IMG/VR virus record: IMGVR_UViG_3300045971_000344
Location: 62,001-126,000 of that record
Direction: 5' to 3' (one strand)
DNA: 64,000 nt
The notes beneath the pieces are model-generated. The model had not been told where the DNA came from, made no database searches, and saw only the letters and a list, made by a program, of their open reading frames with translations. This document shows positions 18,710 to 26,216 of the stretch, one piece after another. A program made the translations under genes and the position numbers. Position 1 is the stretch's first letter; each line of letters opens with the position of its first letter.

Positions 18710-19650
18710 TTACTAAATTATTACTCATAGGTCTACTACAGATTTTTCTTATAACATGCTTTGGTTGCAGTACAACTCATAAAGTTACTACTCCTACTTC
18801 TCTTGTAGTTAGTTCTACCTCAATAGAAAAAGTATTCTCCAATACTAGTAGCGTCACCGAGGATAAAGAATCTGTAACAATGCCTTTAATTGCTGTTAAG
18901 GCCTCCTCACCTGAGCCTTTGGAAGTAATACGACCAAAAGAGCTACTAATAAAAGATTCTTACTCGGTAAGAACATACTTTACATCTTTAGAGGATAACA
19001 CAACTACAACTAATGCTATTAAAGAAAGTAAAACTGTAAATAGCAATAAAGTAAAAGTAGCTTCCCCGTCAACCTATGTTAAAGAACTGGAGCAGCAGAA
19101 ACTAGAGTATGAATGGGGAACAATTGTTTATGAGGTCCCACTCCTCATGAAGGTAGGAAAGAAATTTGAGTTAACTGTATCTATAGATAAGGGTGTGAAG
19201 TTAATAACTGCCCAACAACAGCCTAATAAGGACAAAATAAAAGTGTATGCCTTAATGGCAGTCCATTTGTTTGCCACAGATGGAGAGTTTGATGTTATTC
19301 CTTTATCAGATGAACAGCAAGTTATTGATGGATCAGCTCAATGGAAGTTTGCAGTTATCCCTCGTAAACTTGGCTTAAAAAGATTGCATTTCAAAGTATG
19401 CGCCCGTTTGAAGCTCAATGATAAAGACTTGGAGACAATAAACTTTCCTATCGTAGATAAAGATATAACCGTTAGGATCTCTATTTGGTATTATGTCCTA
19501 AAGGTGTTAAGCTATTGGCAAACCTGGTTAGGTATAATAACAGGTAGTGGAATATTCAGTATACTTGTAAAGAAATTTTTTGATAGTACAACAACGCCGC
19601 CGCCGCCGCCAGCTCCTCTCGTCACTACTCCAGACCAAAAAGCAGAATGA
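18706..19650 (+). CDS. putative lipoprotein with beta-sandwich domain and C-terminal TM/Pro tail
   Basis: signal peptide with lipobox-like CFGC, S/T-rich linker, C-terminal hydrophobic helix, PPPPP. Confidence 0.65.
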   Translation: MITKLLLIGLLQIFLITCFGCSTTHKVTTPTSLVVSSTSIEKVFSNTSSVTEDKESVTMPLIAVKASSPEPLEVIRPKELLIKDSYSVRTYFTSLEDNTTTTNAIKESKTVNSNKVKVASPSTYVKELEQQKLEYEWGTIVYEVPLLMKVGKKFELTVSIDKGVKLITAQQQPNKDKIKVYALMAVHLFATDGEFDVIPLSDEQQVIDGSAQWKFAVIPRKLGLKRLHFKVCARLKLNDKDLETINFPIVDKDITVRISIWYYVLKVLSYWQTWLGIITGSGIFSILVKKFFDSTTTPPPPPAPLVTTPDQKAE

Positions 19651-19680
19651 TAACTGTTAATATAAAAGGAGAAACGATTT

Positions 19681-19827
19681 ATGTTAGTAGAAGTCGAAAT
19701 TGCTAAGTTGTCCGCTAAGGTAGATCATCAGGAAAGAAAAATAGAAAAATTGGAAAATGAAATTCTTTCTCTAAAAGAAAGACTAATGATTCTTGATACA
19801 CATGTCTTTGACTTGCAGAAATCATAA
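19681..19827 (+). CDS. small leucine-zipper-like protein (48 aa, not in ORF track)
   Basis: AAAGGAG RBS; MLVEVEIAKLSAKVDHQERKIEKLENEILSLKERL. Confidence 0.6.
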   Translation: MLVEVEIAKLSAKVDHQERKIEKLENEILSLKERLMILDTHVFDLQKS

Positions 19828-19849
19828 TTTATATTTGAGTGGTGTATTA

Positions 19850-19986
19850 CGGTGCATCACTAGCGACACCTGCCCAATGTTAGATACAGTTGTACCCTTA
19901 GTGTCTTGCACATCCAATAGGGAACTTCTCCAAACAAAGACATTTGGATACAAGTGGTGCGACAACCCGGAGAGACGGGTTAACTA
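19850..19986 (+). ncRNA. unnamed structured element, copy 1
   Basis: shares GCGACACCTGC, CCCTTAGTG, AAGTGGTGYGACA and GGAGAGAC hairpin with 21408..21548. Confidence 0.55.
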
Positions 19987-19991
19987 AATGA

Positions 19992-21386
19992 GTGAGAGTG
20001 GGATGGGGTATGCCAAAGATATTTGACTGTTTTACGTTCTTCAATGAGTTTGAACTTCTGGAAATTCGTTTGAACGAGTTAAAAGATGTTGTAGACACTT
20101 TTGTTATCTGCGAATCCAGTTATACCTTTACGGGCAAACCTAAGCAGTTGTTATTGGCAAATAACTTGGGCGCCCTTAAAGGGTTTAACGTAAAATTACT
20201 GGCGTACAGCCCACACACTCCAGCTGAAAATGCTTGGGATAATGAACGGGGGCAAAGGGCATATCTAAAGGTAGGTCTGGACGAACTGGCTATTGAAGAC
20301 AATGACTTGGTTATGCTTACAGACGTGGATGAGATACCATCTGCCGAGATCATAAGAAAGATTAATCCAATTCAGATAATTGATTTAGAAATGGAGACAT
20401 CTTATTACTATGTGAACAATAGGACTAGCGAAGTTTGTTACGCGCCTAAGCTATTTAAATCACACTGGTTAAAAAGCTTTAGCATTGACCAAATACGGAA
20501 CATGAATCCTGGGTATTTCGTAGCAAATTCAGGAAATCATTTTTCTTACTTAGGTGGGATTGAGCGTATTAAAGATAAAATTGAGTCGTTCTCCCACCAA
20601 GAGTTTAATAATGAGGCATTTAATACGACTGAGAAATTAGAGCAGAAATTGAGCTCTAACGTAGATCTGTTTAATCGTAAATTGGATTATCGGACAATAC
20701 CTTTGTCTGCAGTAAGGAACTGTCCACAGTATTTATTGGATAATCAAGAACGCTTTTCACACATGATAAAGGTTACCCTACCTCAGTTGGATCTACCTCA
20801 GGTTACGCTAATTGCTATTGATTGTGTTGACCCAGTTAGAGCAGAACGAGTCTTGGAGATTTGTAAGGGTCATTGTAACTTCGGGTCAATAAAGCTCTTA
20901 ACCTCTGGTTATACCTCTAGTGAGTACGCAGTAAAGATTTCTAATATAGGATCTCTTAAGGAGTATACTGAGTTTATACTAACGGAACTGTATAAGCACA
21001 TAGACACCGAATACGTTATGCTTGTCCAGCACGATGGGTACATCTTGGATTCGTCTAAGTGGGACCCGGAATTCTTAAAATATGACTATATTGGGGCACC
21101 TTGGGATTCAAGGTTATTAGACCAGAAGGTTTCAAATAACTACTTGGTCGGTAATGGGGGCTTTAGCTTAAGGTCCAAAAAGTTATGCAAGCTCACGGCT
21201 AAAATGAGTCATAGATTGTTGAGACATGAATTTGAAGATGTTTCGATATGTCAGCTCAATAGGTCATATCTAGAAACCTTCGGTATTAAGTACGCGCCCG
21301 TAGAGCTCGCAAGACAGTTTAGCTGGGAAACTGAGAGTAGACCACCTGGTGGTACTTTTGGGTTTCACGGTAAGGACAAACTTTAA
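19992..21386 (+). CDS. glycosyltransferase family 17-like domain fused to DUF5672-like domain (start probably ATG 20010)
   Basis: FDCFTFFNEFELLEIRLNEL..VDTFVICES; QHDGYI...WDPEFLKYDYIGAPW...VGNGGFSLRSKK. Confidence 0.85.
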   Translation: MRVGWGMPKIFDCFTFFNEFELLEIRLNELKDVVDTFVICESSYTFTGKPKQLLLANNLGALKGFNVKLLAYSPHTPAENAWDNERGQRAYLKVGLDELAIEDNDLVMLTDVDEIPSAEIIRKINPIQIIDLEMETSYYYVNNRTSEVCYAPKLFKSHWLKSFSIDQIRNMNPGYFVANSGNHFSYLGGIERIKDKIESFSHQEFNNEAFNTTEKLEQKLSSNVDLFNRKLDYRTIPLSAVRNCPQYLLDNQERFSHMIKVTLPQLDLPQVTLIAIDCVDPVRAERVLEICKGHCNFGSIKLLTSGYTSSEYAVKISNIGSLKEYTEFILTELYKHIDTEYVMLVQHDGYILDSSKWDPEFLKYDYIGAPWDSRLLDQKVSNNYLVGNGGFSLRSKKLCKLTAKMSHRLLRHEFEDVSICQLNRSYLETFGIKYAPVELARQFSWETESRPPGGTFGFHGKDKL

Positions 21387-21407
21387 GTACGTGCTGCATA
21401 AACCGCG

Positions 21408-21548
21408 GAGTTGCGTACTGCGACACCTGCCTGACACTAACGTAGTATAATGTTTTCCCTTAGTGCTCGTAGCACGTGCAGGGGCATTTATCCACCAATG
21501 AAAGTGTTTAGATAAAAGTGGTGTGACACGCTGGAGAGACAGCGATAA
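21408..21548 (+). ncRNA. unnamed structured element, copy 2
   Basis: diverged copy of 19850..19986 with compensatory stem changes. Confidence 0.55.
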
Positions 21549-21569
21549 GCATTTAGGCTATAATTATAC

Positions 21570-21644
21570 CACGGGTTACCTCAGTGGTAGAGGACATTCC
21601 TCATAGGGATAGAAGTCGCAGGTTCGATTCCTGCACCCGTATCA
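21570..21644 (+). tRNA. tRNA with CAT anticodon (Met or Ile2), atypical
   Basis: cloverleaf: ACGGGT/ACCCGT acceptor, CCTC/GAGG D arm, CTCATAG loop, GCAGG-TTCGATT-CCTGC T arm; no intact CCA. Confidence 0.85.
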
Positions 21645-21648
21645 AGAT

Positions 21649-21803
21649 TTCCAAGTCACGGTTAAGTATGAGAACTATCAGACTTCACGCTAAGCGTTTT
21701 CTCTTGTTAGCTTGCACTGACTACTTTTTAAACGTATTCCTTACAAAAAACCGAGCCACTGTGGGTGGGAAGAATTATTCAGGGGAAGTTACGTGACTTG
21801 GAA
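21649..21803 (+). ncRNA. candidate ~155-nt structured RNA between two tRNAs
   Basis: perfect 12-bp terminal inverted repeat TTCCAAGTCACG/CGTGACTTGGAA. Confidence 0.4.
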
Positions 21804-21814
21804 CAAAATTTTAT

Positions 21815-21889
21815 AGGGGATTCGCCAAGCGGTAAGGCAACTGGTTTTGATCCAGTCATTCACTCGTTCGATCCGAGTATCCTCTGCCA
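21815..21889 (+). tRNA. tRNA-Gln(TTG)
   Basis: AGGGGAT/ATCCTCT acceptor, ACTGG-TTTTGAT-CCAGT anticodon arm, TTCGATC T loop, encoded CCA. Confidence 0.95.
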
Positions 21890-21897
21890 ATTACGAC

Positions 21898-21981
21898 TTG
21901 TGCTATATTCCAGGCGCATCAGGAGAAATCTTGACCTATGGAAGCGGCTAATAAACGTGCAGAAATAACCGTATAGCACAA
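21898..21981 (+). ncRNA. candidate ~84-nt structured RNA
   Basis: 10-bp terminal stem TTGTGCTATA/TATAGCACAA; inner TTCCA/TGGAA and TCAGGA-GAAA-TCTTGA hairpin. Confidence 0.35.
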
Positions 21982-21999
21982 AAGATTTGGAGCGCGTAG

Positions 22000-22854
22000 A
22001 TGAAATTAAAAGTATGCATAGAGGAATCTCTAGCTATAGATAAATATTGTTTCAACTTCCCTAAGGATGACCAAAAAGCTCAGTATGCAAAGGACTTCGC
22101 AAAACAGCTAAAAAGATATTTACTTGAAGGTTTTACTGAGCCAAACACTATAAACAAAATTGGATATTTAGCCCCTAAAGAACTTATTGAAAGTAAACCT
22201 TTAGTAGTATATAGAATATGGAAATTCACCCCAACAAGAGCTTTGAGACTAGCATGCGAAGATTCTTTTAAGATAAAACTCAAGGGTAGGCCCGCATATT
22301 CAGCTACGCTTGATAATATTCTTAAAATGAAGTCTCTAAAAGAGAACATTTTAGAGACTATCTTAGATTGTATTCACGATGGAACTATTGTAATAGTCTC
22401 TAAGGTTAAAACGCATAAGTATATAAACTTAGTTAAATCCGTAGAGTGGTTAATTTCTAACTATGGAGGAGATAAACCTGAAGTAGTACCCGTAAGTAAC
22501 GCACGAAAAACAAAAAAAGTAAACAGTACTCCAGACACTGTTTCTTTAGATGAAAGTGCAGTTAAAATACTGGAAAAAGAAAAAGAAGTTATAGTTCTAG
22601 ATAAAGTTGAATGGATGAAAAACTCTGTAGTAGCTATTGGCTGTTATAACTGTGACAACCAAAGCGCTAATCTTTTACCACCTAATTTAAACTCAGTAAA
22701 AATAAGTTTTGACTTAGCTGAAGACATAGATAAAAATATGATAAAGTCTGAACGAGAGTTTAGAAATAAAAATAACCCAGTTAAACTAATAAAAAGCTTA
22801 ACTCTAAGAGAGAAAAAAGAATTAGAGGAAATGCAAAGGCAAAGGGACTTCTAA
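22000..22854 (+). CDS. hypothetical protein (MKLKVCIEES N-terminus)
   Basis: 284-aa ORF. Confidence 0.8.
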   Translation: MKLKVCIEESLAIDKYCFNFPKDDQKAQYAKDFAKQLKRYLLEGFTEPNTINKIGYLAPKELIESKPLVVYRIWKFTPTRALRLACEDSFKIKLKGRPAYSATLDNILKMKSLKENILETILDCIHDGTIVIVSKVKTHKYINLVKSVEWLISNYGGDKPEVVPVSNARKTKKVNSTPDTVSLDESAVKILEKEKEVIVLDKVEWMKNSVVAIGCYNCDNQSANLLPPNLNSVKISFDLAEDIDKNMIKSEREFRNKNNPVKLIKSLTLREKKELEEMQRQRDF

Positions 22855-22877
22855 AAATTCTTAGATACCCTTAGAGT

Positions 22878-23387
22878 TTGATTTTAGTGAGTAAAGTCTG
22901 CACGATGGTAGTTATGTATCCTAGGGGAACATCGTGGTGAGTGAGGCCCTCTTATAAGTCCCACAAGGGCATAGAGGCGCAGGGGATTGCCGAAGTGGAG
23001 AAGCCCAGGAGCAGGCAAGGATGTATGCGTGAAGTAGTATAAGTACTTGAGACGTGGCTACAAAATGAGAAGCCGGAGTACTGAGAAAGCGTGTGCGAGG
23101 GTATCCAACTAGACAGGACTAACCGTAAAGTAAGGCCTAACGATAAGGCAGCGGCGAACAGTAACTATGCACAAAACCTGTACTCTATTTGTTTATGGGG
23201 AGCATAGCGAAGATAACGGGTACTTGAGAGTGTGCCGAAACTCTCCTTGATTCGGATGGGTGCATTATTAGCGTTTACAACTTCTAGCGAATTTAAGTCC
23301 TAGGATGGGACGTATATTCAAGTGCGTGTGCTTGCGCTCTGATGCACTGCTTGTGGTGGTTTGAGTCCACCAACTCACTAAAATCAA
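22878..23387 (+). ncRNA. large structured ncRNA, GOLLD/ROOL-like
   Basis: ~510-nt gap without a long ORF, closed by a perfect 15-bp stem, with T-loop-like GGTGG-TTTGAGT-CCACC at the 3' end, near tRNAs and tmRNA. Confidence 0.6.
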
Positions 23388-23418
23388 GATCAAAAATAAC
23401 CTAAAAGGGAGAAACAAA

Positions 23419-23685
23419 ATGCCAGGTATTCCAACTTTAATCAAAGGTTCCGTAAAGAACGCAGCAGGTGTAGGTATTGATAGTGCGGCAGTTAAAGGTG
23501 TACTAGGTACTGGATCCTTTACTACTACAACAGCCGCAGATGGATCGTATTTTGCATCGTGGGTAGGAACAGGTACGATTATTATTACAGCTACAAAAAC
23601 GGGGTATCAAACTACATCGGTTAGCTGTCCTATAACTAAACAAGGTGGAACTGTTACTGCACCTACTATTGTAATGCCTGTATGA
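23419..23685 (+). CDS. small Ig/prealbumin-like fold protein (carboxypeptidase-regulatory-like); possible virion decoration protein
   Basis: IKGSVKNAAGVGI..A.V...TTTAADGSY...ITATKTGYQT. Confidence 0.6.
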   Translation: MPGIPTLIKGSVKNAAGVGIDSAAVKGVLGTGSFTTTTAADGSYFASWVGTGTIIITATKTGYQTTSVSCPITKQGGTVTAPTIVMPV

Positions 23686-23840
23686 TAGAAGAACCTAAAG
23701 AAGAGATTAGTCAAGAAGAAATTGAGAAAAAGATGTGCCAGTGGAAAAAGTTTGAAATAGCTATGATTATTTTTATAGGTACGCTGTTTACTGGAGGTAT
23801 CTGGTTTCTAAGCCGGTTACACCATATAATAGCAAAATGA
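23682..23840 (+). CDS. small membrane protein (52 aa, not in ORF track)
   Basis: ATGA overlap; IAMIIFIGTLFTGGIWF helix. Confidence 0.5.
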   Translation: MIEEPKEEISQEEIEKKMCQWKKFEIAMIIFIGTLFTGGIWFLSRLHHIIAK

Positions 23841-23844
23841 TTTA

Positions 23845-24257
23845 GGGGGCGTAAAGGTTTCGACTGGCGGTAATAGATATTAGTTGCGCTCGGAGGATGA
23901 TGGTTGGCCTCTTGAATAACCCATCACTTATTAATTGCCAACTTTGCAAATGCAGTAGCAGACAACTATGGTTTTGAGGCTCGCCTCGCTGCCTGAGTTG
24001 TAACAATCCCTACAGAAAATCGTAGGTACGGTAAGTAGTAGATAACATTTGTAGCTACTCGCCGCGTAACAGAAGATGTGGATGGTTAGCCGCCCACTGA
24101 CTAATGAACTCCAGGTGTTGGTCTGGCTAAACACCGACTAGGTGGGAAAGATTTGTCTATTTTGTTAATAGCCACCGAAATACTAAATAGACTATGAGCG
24201 TAGGGACTATATTGAAAAGCTGTTAGGACGTGGGTTCAACTCCCACCGCTTCCACCA
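23845..24257 (+). ncRNA. ssrA: tmRNA
   Basis: 5' GGGGGCGTAAAGGTTTCGAC, 3' GTGGG-TTCAACT-CCCAC CGCTTCC ACCA, internal tag ORF 23937..23996 ANFANAVADNYGFEARLAA*. Confidence 0.95.
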
Positions 24258-24432
24258 ATTTGCTGACCTAGTAGTAACCCGCTGTGTACCTTAATGGGTC
24301 AAAAGTGACCTGGGAGTAGTCTGTAAATAAACCAGATGAAAACACCTATTTACATCTAGGCGATATAGGGCAGAATGAATGGTCGAACGGTCAGTAACAC
24401 TGTTTAACAATCCGTATACCAGGTAGCTAAGT

Positions 24433-24897
24433 ATGGGCAACCTAAAGTGTTGCGCCGCAAAAGGTATACGGAGATATCCTATGGTATCGCTACCATGCCG
24501 GACGGAGCCAAAAAAAATTATGAGTAATGACCTTGTTATTATAGAAGAAGGCATAATGCGAGCCTACCCAAAGTTTGATTTGGCTCGCAATAGAGTGACT
24601 ATCTTCAAGGGTAAAGAGTTTGACATAAATGATTTTACTTGCCTTCAAATGCTGACTAATCATGACCCAGGCGCTGTGGCTATGGTAACTATTGATGGTC
24701 AAGACCTTTGGATCTATTATGATAATGGTGCTCCAAAACGAGTAGTTGGCATCGAAGAACGAAAAGTCTTGTGGGAGAAATATACTGAGTTTATGATAGC
24801 AGTTCGTAGGAAGATGTTACCTGTAACTAATCCAGAACATCCAGATTATGTTGAGCCAAAGCTAATAAAAGAGAGCAAGGTAATCGTTATTAGTTAG
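24433..24897 (+). CDS. hypothetical protein (true start probably ATG 24520)
   Basis: upstream part overlaps hairpin-rich sequence. Confidence 0.65.
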   Translation: MGNLKCCAAKGIRRYPMVSLPCRTEPKKIMSNDLVIIEEGIMRAYPKFDLARNRVTIFKGKEFDINDFTCLQMLTNHDPGAVAMVTIDGQDLWIYYDNGAPKRVVGIEERKVLWEKYTEFMIAVRRKMLPVTNPEHPDYVEPKLIKESKVIVIS

Positions 24898-25056
24898 TAG
24901 GGAAGTTAGCACTCTGAACATCTGCTGCCACGGCTAACGGCTTGTAATGTGGGGTAATGCAAAATAATTAGGGAGTGTTTTTGTCGGCGCCACCCTAGGC
25001 GAGTACATCTCGGGCTTGAGCTCTGTACTCGCCACCCTAAATAACTAGGAGGTCAA

Positions 25057-25224
25057 ATGAATAGTGCAGATACGTATAAGATTATTCGGGCCTTTGATAT
25101 TGATGAACTAGCTGAGAAGGTAAATGAAGCACTTTTATTAGGTTATAAAGCAATAGGCGGAATGGTAATAGAAAGTCACGCAAAGATGGGTAAGATATAC
25201 TATCAAAGTTTAGTTACTATCTAA
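25057..25224 (+). CDS. DUF1737-like small protein (55 aa, not in ORF track)
   Basis: AGGAGG RBS; YKII...ELAEKVNEALLLGYKAIGG...YYQSL. Confidence 0.65.
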   Translation: MNSADTYKIIRAFDIDELAEKVNEALLLGYKAIGGMVIESHAKMGKIYYQSLVTI

Positions 25225-25363
25225 ACAGGAGGATTTATCCAAATGAAAAGCAAAAGAGTGTTGGGTGAGATCTGTGGGAAATGTAAATCTGTTGTTTACC
25301 TCAAAAACGGACATTTACAATGCGGGTGTGCTAAAATCCTATAAATAATAGGAAACGTTTAGT

Positions 25364-25879
25364 ATGAAGATAAAAACTGTGGTTATAGAAACGTCCTCAA
25401 AGGATCTTCTTACTGCTGAAGAGCGCTTAGCCTTGTGGGATAAGAAAATGCGGACCTCGGGAAAGCCTTATGGTTCCGTCCGTGTAAAGCACACTCTTAA
25501 GAGGGTAGGACTTGATCCTAAAATGTTTAAGATCAGATCCTCAATGAGCCAAAGAAAAGGGTCTTCGACTAAGGTAAATTTTCTTGGGTATACAACAGAA
25601 CACAGACAGGATCTTAAAGAGAAAATACCAGCTCTTATAGAGAACGGAATGGACGTAACCATTATGGTTATGGATAATATCATTACGGCGATAATAGTTG
25701 ATTCCAATAACCCGTCTGCGGATCCTGAGCTCGAAGTACATGGAGTGTCGCCTGGAGAGTTTGCGTATTGGACTAGTGATGAAAAGAATAAATATGGAAG
25801 AGATTTATATCTTAAGTTTAATGGGTCTCAGGCGATTGAGAAGGCTAAGGAGTATTGCGCTAAGTTTAAAGTGAGGTAA
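25364..25879 (+). CDS. hypothetical protein (MKIKTVVIETSS N-terminus)
   Basis: 171-aa ORF preceded by TATAAATA. Confidence 0.8.
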   Translation: MKIKTVVIETSSKDLLTAEERLALWDKKMRTSGKPYGSVRVKHTLKRVGLDPKMFKIRSSMSQRKGSSTKVNFLGYTTEHRQDLKEKIPALIENGMDVTIMVMDNIITAIIVDSNNPSADPELEVHGVSPGEFAYWTSDEKNKYGRDLYLKFNGSQAIEKAKEYCAKFKVR

Positions 25880-25924
25880 ATTGTGCGCTCGTGGGTAGTA
25901 TAATCCTTCTTAAGATGTAAAGGG

Positions 25925-26167
25925 TTGGAGCCTATGGTGTCATATTTTGTATCAAAGTTTAAATTGTATAGTTTGGTCTATACAGAATACCTAAAGACCT
26001 CAACTATAGTTGAGGCAGGAAACAGAACAGACAATACCTTATCTTCTATACCCAGCGAACGCTGGGTTGAATTGACCAATGAGCTATTAGCTAGTCCTGA
26101 CCATAAAATGGAACATATCATAGAAAAGTACGTACCTAAGAGTACGGAGACTACTGAGTATCAGTAG
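25925..26167 (+). CDS. hypothetical protein
   Basis: ORF with GGAG before internal ATG. Confidence 0.55.
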   Translation: MEPMVSYFVSKFKLYSLVYTEYLKTSTIVEAGNRTDNTLSSIPSERWVELTNELLASPDHKMEHIIEKYVPKSTETTEYQ

Positions 26168-26216
26168 TAATAAAAGGCAATACCAAAGGGTTATTGCAAC
26201 AAAGGAGAGTAGTACA

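Noticed and set aside
19793-19987. 64-aa ORF over structured element copy 1
   Set aside because: No RBS; the second copy keeps the structure but not the reading frame
21584-21968. ORFs 21584..21796 and 21765..21968
   Set aside because: They overlap tRNA genes and the inter-tRNA stem elements
22878-23387. RNase P RNA or group I/II intron identity for the large RNA
   Set aside because: No GAGGAAAGUCC or AACAGAA..GGCUUA P4 motifs, no group II domain V, and no interrupted host gene
23931-24554. Minus-strand ORFs 23931..24134 and 24291..24554
   Set aside because: Antisense to tmRNA and the structured region; no RBS
19850-25050. Possible CRISPR mini-array in the noncoding island
   Set aside because: No equal-length direct repeats separated by unique spacers; the only repeat is a two-copy ~140-nt structured element
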